Source of the DNA: Lysobacterales bacterium
GTDB taxonomy: Bacteria; Pseudomonadota; Gammaproteobacteria; Xanthomonadales; SZUA-5
Assembly: GCA_041395325.1 (NCBI GenBank)
Contig: JAWLAT010000010.1
Coordinates: 98,469-162,468 of the forward strand
DNA: 64,000 nucleotides
Direction of reading: 5' to 3'
Shown: positions 30,548-39,689 of the stretch, piece by piece
Numbering within the stretch: position 1 is the stretch's first letter
Layout of the letters: every line of letters begins with the position of its first letter
Program-made: the position numbers and the translations under genes
Notes under the pieces: generated by a model
Seen by the model: only the letters and a program-made list of their open reading frames with translations
What the model was told of the DNA's origin: nothing
Database searches by the model: none

Positions 30548-31459
30548 TCAGTCATGCATCGCGATGTTGCGGTAGACCTGCAAGGTACCGTCCAGGCCAC
30601 GCTGATACAGGCAAATCCCCTTGCCCATGCCTACACCCGAATGTCGACCGCTCTGCCAGCGCAGCTGGTAGCTCAGCAGTTCCAGCACGCGATGGCCGTG
30701 CACATGCACCCAGTGGGGGTTCACGTCGACGAAATGAAAGGGCGGCCAGCTGGCTGAATAACCCTGGAAGAACTCGGCAATCGCCGAGCGGCCAACCACC
30801 GGCGGCGAATCATGCGGCACGTTGATGGCGTCTTCGGCGTAGGCCAGGCTCAGCAGATCGTGCTGCCCCCGCAGCATCTGAACGGCGTTGAAGCTGTGCA
30901 GCGCGGCCAGTTCGTAGGGGATCGGTCCATCGACCGGGAGGATCGGCTGATGGGCGTAGTGCACGCCAGTCCCATCGTCCACACGCAGTAGCGATTGCCA
31001 ATCATCGAGCGCTTCGGCGTAGTTCCAGGCCTGGATTCTCAATCGCCAGTCGCCGTTGGCGGGGCTGTCCCAGATCTCGAAATAGGTGCCGGGCAGCGTC
31101 CGCTCTGCGCCATCGTCACGCTGCAACCGCAGCTCGAAGTCGCCGATCTCCAGTTGCTGTCCTCCCAGATCGAAGCGTTCCTGCATCGCGCGCCGATAGC
31201 CGATGACATCGACCTGCTCCAACAGCGTGGCGTAATAGCGCTCCGCGGCGAGCTTGCCGATCCGGGCACGGCCCTGTTCCGGGAGTATTTCGACGCTGTC
31301 CGACAGCATCCCGGCAAGATCGCCCCAGGATCCGCCCTGCAGGAGTTCGCCGTAGACCTGGGCGAATCGCTGCGGAGGATCGGTGGCTTCGGCATTCGCT
31401 TGACTGCCGGACAGACACACGAATGCCACGCAGGCGAAGGTCCACTGGGCGAGACGCAT
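30548..31459 (-). CDS. Secreted protein with two NTF2-like (DUF4440/SnoaL-like) halves
   Basis: Start at ATG 31457-31459 (MRLAQWTFACVAFVCLSGSQANA). Two halves of about 140 aa each end in a W.L/Y.N.. pattern like the neighbouring gene. Confidence 0.5.
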   Translation of the reverse strand: MRLAQWTFACVAFVCLSGSQANAEATDPPQRFAQVYGELLQGGSWGDLAGMLSDSVEILPEQGRARIGKLAAERYYATLLEQVDVIGYRRAMQERFDLGGQQLEIGDFELRLQRDDGAERTLPGTYFEIWDSPANGDWRLRIQAWNYAEALDDWQSLLRVDDGTGVHYAHQPILPVDGPIPYELAALHSFNAVQMLRGQHDLLSLAYAEDAINVPHDSPPVVGRSAIAEFFQGYSASWPPFHFVDVNPHWVHVHGHRVLELLSYQLRWQSGRHSGVGMGKGICLYQRGLDGTLQVYRNIAMHD

Positions 31460-31590
31460 GGCGAACTCCAGTCGCGGCGACTGGACGCCAACATGCCAGA
31501 GCTGTTCGAGTGGGCAGTCCAATCGACCGGTCTTTGCGACCAGGCGACCGCCCGGCACGCCAGACGGTTCAGCCCTGCCCGACCCCGATC

Positions 31591-32715
31591 TCAGCTCGTC
31601 ATGCGCTCGAAAAACCCTTTGACGCTGTCCAGCCAGGACTGACTGCGCGGACTGTGGTGGGAGGAATCGCTGGCGCCAAATGACTCTTCCAGTTCGGTCA
31701 GCAACTCGCGTTGCCGTGCAGAGAGCTTCACCGGCGTTTCGACCACCACCCGGCAGAGCAGATCGCCGGTGCGATGGCTGCGCACGCTCTGCACGCCCTT
31801 GCCGCGCAGACGGAAGACCTTGCCGGTCTGCGTCTCAGCCGGAATCTTCAACACTGCGCTGCCACCCAGTGTAGGCACGGTGAGCTCGCCGCCGAGGGCG
31901 GCCGTGGTGCAGCGGATGGGAATCTCGCAGTACAGGTCATCGCCATCGCGACGGAAGATCTCGTGCTCTTCGACTCGAACCTCGACGTACAGATCACCGG
32001 ACGGCGCGCCCGCGGGCCCGGCCTCGCCTTCCCCGGACAGCCGGATCCGGTCGCCCGAATCGACGCCGGCTGGAATCTTCACTCGCAGCTTGCGCTCGGT
32101 CTCCACCTGACCACGACCGCTGCAGACCCCGCAGGGATCGGCGATGCGCTGACCGCTGCCGCCGCAATGTGGGCAGCCTTGCTGGATTGAGAAGATGCCG
32201 TTCTGCACCCGGACCCGGCCATGGCCGCCGCAGGTCTGACAGGTTTCAGTCTTGCCGCTCTCCGAGCCACTACCGGCGCAATGCACGCAGTTGACCAGGC
32301 TGGGCACATCGATTTCCCGCTCGATGCCCGCCACGGCCTCTTCCAGCGCCAGTTCCAGGATGTAGCGCAGGTCGGCGCCACGACGCGGTCGACCGCGGCC
32401 GCCACCACCGCCAAAGATGTCGCCAAACAGATCACCGAAGATGTCGCCGACATCGGCAAAGCCAGCGCCACCGGCACCTGCACCACCGCCTTCGAAAGCC
32501 GCATGGCCATGCCGGTCGTAGAGCTGGCGACGCTTGGGATCGCCCAGCACCTCGAAGGCCTCCTTGGCCTCCTTGAACTTGTCCTGAGCGTCGGCGTCAT
32601 CCGGATTGCGGTCCGGGTGGTACTTCATCGCCAGCCGGCGAAAGGCCTTCTTCAGCGCCTCGTCGTTGGCGCTGCGCTCGACCCCCAGAACTTCGTAGTA
32701 GTCACGCTTGGACAT
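31591..32715 (-). CDS. dnaJ: Molecular chaperone DnaJ
   Basis: Start at ATG 32713-32715. [12 protein letters not shown]...YHPDRN, a G/F-rich region and four CxxCxGxG zinc-finger repeats. Confidence 0.97.
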   Translation of the reverse strand: MSKRDYYEVLGVERSANDEALKKAFRRLAMKYHPDRNPDDADAQDKFKEAKEAFEVLGDPKRRQLYDRHGHAAFEGGGAGAGGAGFADVGDIFGDLFGDIFGGGGGRGRPRRGADLRYILELALEEAVAGIEREIDVPSLVNCVHCAGSGSESGKTETCQTCGGHGRVRVQNGIFSIQQGCPHCGGSGQRIADPCGVCSGRGQVETERKLRVKIPAGVDSGDRIRLSGEGEAGPAGAPSGDLYVEVRVEEHEIFRRDGDDLYCEIPIRCTTAALGGELTVPTLGGSAVLKIPAETQTGKVFRLRGKGVQSVRSHRTGDLLCRVVVETPVKLSARQRELLTELEESFGASDSSHHSPRSQSWLDSVKGFFERMTS

Positions 32716-32896
32716 CGATTCACCTGTTCCTCGGAGCCCCGCTGCGCTCAAGGCACAGGACCCGGGCGGGGTTCCCCACCCTCACCCAACTCTCAATCTC
32801 TAAGCACAACAGCCGGCGACCGGAATTCCACCGGTCGTCGGCCGTTCGGACCTCAGAGTCCGGACTTTGAGCGTTTCTAAGCCCAGCCCTGGACCC

Positions 32897-34813
32897 TCAG
32901 CCCTTCTTGCTGTCATCCACCTCGGTGAACTCGGCATCGACCACATCGTCGGCCGCCTGCTCGGCGCCACCGGCAGACGTGGGACCGGGCTCTGCGCCGG
33001 CCGAGGCCGCCGCCTGCAGCGCCTGCGCGGCCTCCGCCAGAGCCTGCGCCTTGGCGTCGATCTTGGCCTTGTCATCACCCTTCATGGCGCCTTCGAGTTC
33101 GGCAATGGCCGACTCGATGTTGCCAATGACGCTGCCGTCGACCTTGTCACCAGCATCCTTGATCGCCGTGCGCGTGGCGTGCAGCAGTTGGTCGGCCTGG
33201 TTGCGCGAGGTCACCAGTTCGTGGAACTTCTTGTCCTCCTCGCGGTGCGTCTCGGCGTCCTGCACCATCTTGGCGATCTCATCCTCGGACAGGCCCGAGC
33301 CGGCCTTGATCTCGATGCGCTGTTCCTTGCCCGACTTCTTGTCCTTGGCCGAGACATGCAGGATGCCGTTGGCGTCGATGTCGAAGGTCACCTCGATCTG
33401 CGGCATGCCGCGCGGCGCCGAATCGATGCCGGCCAGATCAAAGCGCGCCAGCGACTTGTTGAAACGGGCCTGCTCGCGCTCGCCCTGCAGCACATGGACG
33501 GTCACCGCACTCTGGTTGTCCTCGGCCGTGGAGAAGACCTGACTGGCCCGGGTCGGGATCGTCGTGTTCTTCTCGATCAGCTTGGTCATCACGCCGCCGA
33601 GGGTCTCGATACCCAGGCTCAACGGGGTCACGTCCAGCAGCAGCACGTCCTTGACGTCACCGGCCAGCACGCCGCCCTGGATCGCCGCACCGATGGCCAC
33701 GGCCTCATCCGGATTGACGTCCTTGCGCGGTTCCTTGCCGAAGAACTCGGTCACGGCGCGTTGCACCGCCGGCATGCGGGTCATGCCACCGACCAGAATC
33801 ACCTCGGAGATGTCGCCCACACGGATGCCCGCGTCGGTGATCGCCGTGCGGCAGGGTTCGATCGTGCGCTTGACCAGTTCCTCGACCAGCGATTCCAGCT
33901 TGGCCCGGGTCAGTTTCAGATTCAGATGCTTCGGACCACTCGCGTCGGCCGTCACATAAGGCAGGTTGATCTCGGTCTGCTGCGATGAAGACAGCTCGAT
34001 CTTGGCCCGCTCGGCGGCGTCCTTCAGGCGCTGCAAGGCCAGCGGATCGGCCCGCAGGTCGATGCCCTGCTCCTTCTTGAACTCCTCGACCAGCCAGTCG
34101 ATGATCCGCGCGTCGAAATCCTCGCCACCGAGGAAGGTGTCGCCATTGGTGGCCAGCACTTCGAACTGCTTCTCGCCATCAACGTCGGCGATTTCGATGA
34201 TCGACACGTCGAAGGTGCCGCCGCCCAGGTCATAAACCGCAATCTTGCGATCGCCAGCACCCTTCTTGTCCAGACCGTAGGCCAACGCGGCCGCGGTCGG
34301 CTCGTTGATGATGCGCTTGACCTCCAGACCGGCAATGCGGCCGGCATCCTTGGTGGCCTGACGCTGGCTGTCGTTGAAGTAGGCGGGCACCGTGATCACC
34401 GCTTCGGTGACCGGCTCACCGAGATAGTCCTCGGCGGTCTTCTTCATCTTCATCAGCACCTTGGCCGACACTTCCGGCGGCGCCATGCGCTTGCCGTTGG
34501 CCTCGACCCAGGCGTCGCCGTTGTCGTGCTCAAGAATCTTGTAGGGCACCAGATTGATGTCCTTCTGCACGACGCCTTCGCCAAACTTGCGGCCGATCAG
34601 ACGCTTGACCGCAAACAGGGTGTTGGTGGGATTGGTGACGGCCTGGCGCTTGGCGGACGCGCCGACCAGCACTTCGCTGTCCTTGGTAAAGGCCACCACG
34701 GACGGCGTGGTGCGGTCACCTTCGGAGTTCTCGATCACCTTGACCGAGCCCCCTTCCATCACCGCCACGCACGAGTTGGTGGTTCCCAGATCGATACCGA
34801 TGATCTTGGCCAT
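32897..34813 (-). CDS. dnaK: Molecular chaperone DnaK (Hsp70)
   Basis: Start at ATG 34811-34813. [18 protein letters not shown]...[12 protein letters not shown]. Confidence 0.98.
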   Translation of the reverse strand: MAKIIGIDLGTTNSCVAVMEGGSVKVIENSEGDRTTPSVVAFTKDSEVLVGASAKRQAVTNPTNTLFAVKRLIGRKFGEGVVQKDINLVPYKILEHDNGDAWVEANGKRMAPPEVSAKVLMKMKKTAEDYLGEPVTEAVITVPAYFNDSQRQATKDAGRIAGLEVKRIINEPTAAALAYGLDKKGAGDRKIAVYDLGGGTFDVSIIEIADVDGEKQFEVLATNGDTFLGGEDFDARIIDWLVEEFKKEQGIDLRADPLALQRLKDAAERAKIELSSSQQTEINLPYVTADASGPKHLNLKLTRAKLESLVEELVKRTIEPCRTAITDAGIRVGDISEVILVGGMTRMPAVQRAVTEFFGKEPRKDVNPDEAVAIGAAIQGGVLAGDVKDVLLLDVTPLSLGIETLGGVMTKLIEKNTTIPTRASQVFSTAEDNQSAVTVHVLQGEREQARFNKSLARFDLAGIDSAPRGMPQIEVTFDIDANGILHVSAKDKKSGKEQRIEIKAGSGLSEDEIAKMVQDAETHREEDKKFHELVTSRNQADQLLHATRTAIKDAGDKVDGSVIGNIESAIAELEGAMKGDDKAKIDAKAQALAEAAQALQAAASAGAEPGPTSAGGAEQAADDVVDAEFTEVDDSKKG

Positions 34814-34875
34814 GTTCAAACCTCTCGCTGGATTTTCAAGAAATGCGGTGCCAGGCACCGTCGCTGAATCGTTAA

Positions 34876-34900
34876 GTGGGGCCGACTGTGCCGATCACAA
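34876..34900 (-). promoter_or_regulatory. Possible sigma32-type promoter for dnaK
   Basis: The minus strand reads TTGTGA-N13-CCCCACTT. This is a partial match to the CTTGAA-N13-15-CCCCATNT consensus. Confidence 0.35.
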
Positions 34901-34943
34901 TGGCCTCAAAAAGCGCCGCCGGATCGTTCAGTGAGCGCGCCGT

Positions 34944-35477
34944 TCAGGGAGCCCGGCTGACGATCACCATCGCCGGTCGCAGCAGTCGGTCATGCAGGCG
35001 ATAGCCCTTCTGCACCACCTGCAGCACCACCCCTTCCGGATGCTCGGCGCTGGGCTGCATGGCCATGGCCTGATGCAATTCCGGATCGAAGGGCTGACCC
35101 ATCGGGTCGATGCCTTCAACGCCCTGACTGGCGAACAGCTTGCTCAGCTGGCTCAAGGTCAGCGCCTTGCCTTCCTTCAGCGTTTCAACGGTCACGCCGT
35201 CCTGCTCGGCCGCCTGCAGACCACGCTCCAGACTGTCGGCCACCTGCAGCAGGTCAGCCAGCAAGCGCTCGGCCCCAAAACGACGGGCCTGCTCGATCTC
35301 GCGCAGACTGCGCTTGCGCTGATTGTCCATCTCGGCATGCAGGCGCAACACCTCGGCCTCCAGCTCATCGACCCGCTCGCTCAGGCGCTCGGCCGGATCG
35401 GTACCGAAACCCTCGTCTTCGGCGGCGGTAGCTGCGCCCGCGGCGCCCTGCGGATCCTTGCGTTCTTCCTCACTCAT
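34944..35477 (-). CDS. grpE: Nucleotide exchange factor GrpE
   Basis: MSEEERKD... with the C-terminal GrpE signature ...VVQKGYRLHDRLLRPAMVIV. ATG 35477 is preferred over GTG 35513 because the candidate promoter -10 overlaps the longer start. Confidence 0.9.
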   Translation of the reverse strand: MSEEERKDPQGAAGAATAAEDEGFGTDPAERLSERVDELEAEVLRLHAEMDNQRKRSLREIEQARRFGAERLLADLLQVADSLERGLQAAEQDGVTVETLKEGKALTLSQLSKLFASQGVEGIDPMGQPFDPELHQAMAMQPSAEHPEGVVLQVVQKGYRLHDRLLRPAMVIVSRAP

Positions 35478-35517
35478 GCGCGTACGTCCATCCTGCACTG
35501 ACTCGATGGCCACCGGG

Positions 35518-35542
35518 ATGGGGTTGCCGGACGGGAAATCAA
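35518..35542 (-). promoter_or_regulatory. Candidate sigma32-type promoter for grpE
   Basis: The minus strand reads TTGATT-N13-CCCCATCC. Confidence 0.5.
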
Positions 35543-35556
35543 CTATTCCCGAGGGC

Positions 35557-35587
35557 CAGGGCTGAGAGATCAGGGCTGAGAGGTCAG
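35557..35587. repeat. 2 x 14-bp tandem repeat (cagggctgagagat/cagggctgagaggt), same family as 52123-52154
   Basis: Read directly from the hrcA-grpE intergenic spacer. Confidence 0.7.
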
Positions 35588-35627
35588 CGTGGATCGGCAG
35601 CCTGTCGCCAAGTTGCCGACCCTCCCA

Positions 35628-36647
35628 TCACGCCAAGGCCTGACTCAGCGCCCTCGCTGTCGTCTCGACGATGGGGATCACGCGTTGATAGGGCATGCGC
35701 CGCGGCCCGATCACACCCAGCACACCGATCTGTCCGCCGACGCGGTAGGGCGCGGTGATGACGCTGCAGGGACCCAGCGCATTCAGGCCGCTTTCCTCGC
35801 CGATGAACAATCGCACTCGCTCGGCGGCGGTGCTGCGCTCGAGCAGATGCAGCAGCGAGCGCTTCTCGTCGAAGGTCTGGAACAGCGCGCGCACGTGGCC
35901 CAGATCGTCCAGATCGCTGTGCTCCAGGACGGTCCGCTCACCGGCCATCACCACACCCTGATCGCTGTCCTCGAGCAGACTCTCGGCCGCGCCGACAACC
36001 GCCGTCATGGCCTGATCGATGGCGCTGCGGGTCGCCTTCAGATCACCCAGAATGCGTTGGCGCACTTCGGCCAGCGTCAGGCCGGCTATCTGTCGGTTGA
36101 GCGCTCTGGCTGAGCGGGACAACTCCCTCAAGCTGTACTCGCGATCGGTGCGCGCGATGCGGTTCTGCACCTCACCATCGCGGAACACCAGCACTACGAG
36201 CACGCGTTGCTGCCCCAATGGCAGGAAGTCGACCTGGGCCAGTGCCTGGTCCTCGCGGCGCGGCATCCGCACCAGACTGACACAGCGGGTCAGACCGGAC
36301 AGCAGATCGGCCGCCCGTCGCAGGGCGTCGCGCGGATCGCCGCAACTGGCCAGAGCCTGGCCAATGCGTTGCTGCAGCGCCTCGGGCACCGGCTCCAGAT
36401 GCACCAGCGCATCAACGAACAGCCGGAAACCCTGCGTCGTCGGGACGCGACCGGCAGACGCGTGTGGCGCAGTGATCAGCCCCTGCTCTTCCAACTGCGC
36501 GAGCACATTGCGCACCGTCGCTGGACTCAAGTCCAGCCCGCACTCGCGTGCCAGCGTCGCCGAACCCACCGGTTCACCGGCACGAATGTAGTGCTCAATC
36601 AGATCATGCAGCAGCTTACTGGCGCGCGGATCCAGGGGATTGCTCAT
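35628..36647 (-). CDS. hrcA: Heat-inducible transcription repressor HrcA
   Basis: Start at ATG 36647 (or 36653). MSNPLDPRASKLLHDLIEHYIRAGEPVGSATLA is the winged-helix N-terminus typical of HrcA. C-terminal ...GVLGVIGPRRMPYQRVIPIV. Confidence 0.9.
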   Translation of the reverse strand: MSNPLDPRASKLLHDLIEHYIRAGEPVGSATLARECGLDLSPATVRNVLAQLEEQGLITAPHASAGRVPTTQGFRLFVDALVHLEPVPEALQQRIGQALASCGDPRDALRRAADLLSGLTRCVSLVRMPRREDQALAQVDFLPLGQQRVLVVLVFRDGEVQNRIARTDREYSLRELSRSARALNRQIAGLTLAEVRQRILGDLKATRSAIDQAMTAVVGAAESLLEDSDQGVVMAGERTVLEHSDLDDLGHVRALFQTFDEKRSLLHLLERSTAAERVRLFIGEESGLNALGPCSVITAPYRVGGQIGVLGVIGPRRMPYQRVIPIVETTARALSQALA

Positions 36648-36676
36648 AGGCATCGCAAGGCCGACCGATGCGTGCC

Positions 36677-36704
36677 AGATGGGGCCAACTCTCGCCGATG
36701 CAAG
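36677..36704 (-). promoter_or_regulatory. Candidate sigma32-type promoter for hrcA
   Basis: The minus strand reads CTTGCA-N14-CCCCATCT, about 30 nt upstream of the hrcA ATG. This is a close match to the CTTGAA-N13-15-CCCCATNT consensus. Confidence 0.6.
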
Positions 36705-36798
36705 AGCCGCCCCAAGGAATGGGGCGACCGCCCGGCCATGAAACCAGCGGCCATCGCCTGCTACGCTGCGCGCCCCTGAGTTCGACGACACCGACGGC

Positions 36799-38481
36799 AT
36801 GCTACGGCGCTTGTCCATTCGCGATCTGGCCATCATCGATCAGCTGGAGGTGGAGCTGAGCGAGGGCTTCACCGTGCTCAGTGGTGAAGCCGGCGCCGGC
36901 AAGTCCATCATCATCGATGCGCTCGAATTGCTGTCCGGCAGCCGCGCCGACGCCACGCTGGTGCGCCCTGGCGCCGATCGCACCGAAGTCAGCGCCGAAA
37001 TCGATCTGACCGCGATGCCACGGATCCGGGACTGGCTGGTGGGCGAGGAGTTGGACGAGGACGATGGCAGTTGCCTGTTGCGCCGTACGGTTCGCGCCGA
37101 GGGCGGCTCACGCGCCTGGATCAATGGCCGTCCTGCTTCGGCCCAGCAACTGCGTTCGCTGACCGAGGGCTTGCTGGAGATCCATGGACAGCACGAGCAC
37201 CAGGCACTGCTCGATCGCGAGCATCAGCTGCAATTGCTCGATGCCTACGGCCAGCTGGATCTGACCGTCACGCCGGTCCGCGAAGCGGCCGCACAACTGG
37301 CCGAGTTGCGCAGTGAGCGGCGGCAACAGGCCAGCCGTGACAGCGAGGCACTGCGCCTCGAATTGGCGGACCTGCAGACACAGATCGACGCCCTGGAACA
37401 GCTGCAACCCACGCCGGAGCGCATCGAGGCGCTCGATCAGGAGCAGCGGCGCCTGTCGCATCGGGAAAGTCTGCTCGGCGGCCTGGCCGAAGTCGGCCAG
37501 TGGCTCGACGGTGACGAAACCGGGACGGTTCGGCGACAGCTGTTGCGCGCCGAACAGGAATTGCGTCGGCTGGCGGAACTGGATGCCACGTTGGCACCCC
37601 TGGCCACTGCGCTGGAAGAGGCCCGCATTGCGGTCGAGGAAGTCGCGCGGGACACCGGCGCCCGATTGGAAGACGACGAGTTGGACCCTGCCCGTCTGGC
37701 CGAGGTGGAACAGGCGCTGTCGGCCCTGCATGCATTGGCGCGACGTCACCGTGTGCTGTTGTCGGATCTGCCGGGACTGCTGCAGTCGCTGCAGACGCAA
37801 GTGCAGACATTGACTGGACGCCTGGACCGCTTGACCCGACTCGACGAACTGGAGGCGACGGCCGTGCAACGCTGGCGGACGGCGGCCACTGCGCTCAGCC
37901 AGGCCCGCCAGCAGGCCGCCGCAGGGCTGTCCAAGGCCGTTGAGACGCTGCTGGACGAGTTGGGCATGGCCGGTGGCCGCTTCCGGGTTCAGTTCGATGC
38001 GCGCGCCGAGGACGGCTCGGCCAGCGGCGCCGAACAGGTTGAGTTCCTGGTCAGCAGCAATGCGGGCATGCCGCCGCGACCGCTGCGCAAGGTCGCCTCG
38101 GGCGGAGAACTGGCGCGACTGTCACTGGCCATCAAGGTGGCGACAGCCAGCGTTGAAGGCGTACCCGTGTTGGTCTTTGACGAAGTGGATTCCGGCATTG
38201 GCGGGCCGACGGCAGAGATCGTCGGCCGCCTGCTGCGGATGCTCGGCAAGCACCGTCAGGTACTGAGCGTGACGCACCTGCCCCAGGTTGCCGCCTGTGC
38301 TCACCAGCATCTGCGTGCCAGCAAGCAGGTCCGTGACGGACAAACCGTGGCGACACTGGACGCGCTTGACAGCCACGGAAGGAGGTCGGAAGTGGCCCGC
38401 ATGCTCGGCGGTGTGGAGCAGACCGACCAGTCGCTGGCGCACGCCGATGAAATGCTGCAGCGAGGCCAGCGCGTTCGTTGA
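36799..38481 (+). CDS. recN: DNA repair protein RecN
   Basis: MLRRLSIRDLAIIDQLEVELSEGFTVLSGEAGAGKSIIIDAL (Walker A), a long coiled coil, and C-terminal SGGELARLSLAIK...LVFDEVDSGIGG. Confidence 0.95.
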   Translation: MLRRLSIRDLAIIDQLEVELSEGFTVLSGEAGAGKSIIIDALELLSGSRADATLVRPGADRTEVSAEIDLTAMPRIRDWLVGEELDEDDGSCLLRRTVRAEGGSRAWINGRPASAQQLRSLTEGLLEIHGQHEHQALLDREHQLQLLDAYGQLDLTVTPVREAAAQLAELRSERRQQASRDSEALRLELADLQTQIDALEQLQPTPERIEALDQEQRRLSHRESLLGGLAEVGQWLDGDETGTVRRQLLRAEQELRRLAELDATLAPLATALEEARIAVEEVARDTGARLEDDELDPARLAEVEQALSALHALARRHRVLLSDLPGLLQSLQTQVQTLTGRLDRLTRLDELEATAVQRWRTAATALSQARQQAAAGLSKAVETLLDELGMAGGRFRVQFDARAEDGSASGAEQVEFLVSSNAGMPPRPLRKVASGGELARLSLAIKVATASVEGVPVLVFDEVDSGIGGPTAEIVGRLLRMLGKHRQVLSVTHLPQVAACAHQHLRASKQVRDGQTVATLDALDSHGRRSEVARMLGGVEQTDQSLAHADEMLQRGQRVR

Positions 38482-38616
38482 ACGATTGGGTCTCCTTGAC
38501 GAGATCAGACCGATCCGTTCACCCATCCGCGTTGCCAGCGCGCCGCCTGGAATGCGATCGGCACGCCGTTCCTGCGAATTGCTGCGAACTGGCTGAGCAG
38601 GCCGATGGAACCGCTG

Positions 38617-39045
38617 TCAGCCCTTCTTCGGCCGCACGTACAGGACCAGACTGTGATCTTCCAGCACGTAGCCGTGCTGTTCGGCGATCTCGCGCTGCAG
38701 TCGTTCGATCTGCTCGTTGTGAAACTCGATCACCTTGCCAGTGGAGACACAGACCATATGGTCGTGATGGCCGCCCCGGTCCAGCTCGTACACCGACTGG
38801 CCGCCCTCGAAGTTGTGCCGCATGACCAGCCCGGCGGCCTCGAACTGGTTGAGCACCCGGTAGACGGTCGCCAGACCGATTTCGTCACCGGATTCCAGCA
38901 GTACACGATAGACGTCTTCGGCCGTCATATGCTTCTGCTGCGTCGTCTCCAGGATCTCCAGTATCCGCATGCGCGGGTGGGTGACCTTCAAGCCGGCCTT
39001 GCGTAGATCCTGGGATTCCACCGACGCCTCGCAGTCAGCTGCCAT
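38617..39045 (-). CDS. fur: Ferric uptake regulator Fur
   Basis: LRKAGLKVTHPRMRILEIL...HMTAEDVY...ATVYRVLNQFEAAGLV...HHDHMVC. Start ATG 39043-39045 was chosen by alignment to the length of typical Fur proteins. Confidence 0.9.
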   Translation of the reverse strand: MAADCEASVESQDLRKAGLKVTHPRMRILEILETTQQKHMTAEDVYRVLLESGDEIGLATVYRVLNQFEAAGLVMRHNFEGGQSVYELDRGGHHDHMVCVSTGKVIEFHNEQIERLQREIAEQHGYVLEDHSLVLYVRPKKG

Positions 39046-39097
39046 CAGACCTTGGGAGTGTATCATCCGCGTTCTTTTTCGCTGGCCGGAGAACCCT

Positions 39098-39487
39098 GTG
39101 GTCCGTCGCCTCACCCTGATGCCCGCGCTACTCGCGTGTTCCCTCAGTGCCTGTGGACTGATCTATCACCAGCCCATCCAGCAGGGCAGTGTTCTGGAGC
39201 AGGACGACATCGACCAGCTCAAGCCCGGCATGACCAAGCGTCAGGTCAGTTTGATCATTGGCTCACCGGCCGTGATCAGCCCGTTCCGACAGAATCGTTG
39301 GGAGTACGTCTTCACCTTCCGCAATCAGGACGACGAAATCGAACGGAAGAACTTCACCGTCTACTTCGAGAACGGCACATTGGCGCGCACCGAAGGCGAC
39401 TATCAGCCGGGTGGATCAGGCGAGGACAGTGCCGGCTCCGGCAGCGCCGAGGCGGCTGTGCGCGATGTCCAGATTGAGAAGGACTGA
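39098..39487 (+). CDS. bamE: Outer membrane protein assembly factor BamE (OmlA/SmpA)
   Basis: GTG 39098 is preceded by GGAGA (39088-39092). VVRRLTLMPALLACSLSAC is a lipoprotein signal. IQQGSVLEQDDIDQLKPGMTKRQVSLIIGSP...RWEYVF matches the BamE motif. The divergent fur/omlA arrangement is known from Pseudomonas. Confidence 0.85.
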   Translation: MVRRLTLMPALLACSLSACGLIYHQPIQQGSVLEQDDIDQLKPGMTKRQVSLIIGSPAVISPFRQNRWEYVFTFRNQDDEIERKNFTVYFENGTLARTEGDYQPGGSGEDSAGSGSAEAAVRDVQIEKD

Positions 39488-39652
39488 CTCCGAACCGATG
39501 GTTTTCGCCGCAGGCCTCTGCCCACCCGCGGAGGCCGCTGCACTCGCCTGACGGCGCTTTGTCGCGGCGCCTTTGCAGCAGCGGCCCTCGCCGCCCCTCA
39601 GTCTCGCCAGGCCCGCAAGCGTGAATCGGACCGTCAGCCCGCCCTGCCAACT

Positions 39653-39678
39653 CGACCGGCAGCCGTCGCTGCCGGTCG
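39653..39678. terminator. Perfect 11-bp-stem hairpin between convergent bamE and the Ala-Pro-rich protein gene
   Basis: cgaccggcagc (39653-39663), loop cgtc, then gctgccggtcg (39668-39678). There is no clear U-run, so it may act as a bidirectional terminator. Confidence 0.45.
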
Positions 39679-39689
39679 CTGTGTAGACG

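Noticed and set aside
32716-32896. Hairpin cgaccgg-tggaatt-ccggtcg in the dnaK-dnaJ spacer as a terminator or attenuator
   Set aside because: The stem is only 7 bp with no U-run. It may modulate dnaJ expression, but the evidence is too weak to call a feature.
34814-36798. CIRCE (HrcA operator) in the heat-shock cluster
   Set aside because: I looked for TTAGCACTC-N9-GAGTGCTAA-like inverted repeats in all spacers of the hrcA-grpE-dnaK-dnaJ cluster and found none.
36648-36798. LexA/SOS box upstream of recN
   Set aside because: The spacer contains neither a CTGT-N8-ACAG nor a TTAGTA...TACTAA-like palindrome, so I cannot support an SOS operator from the sequence alone.
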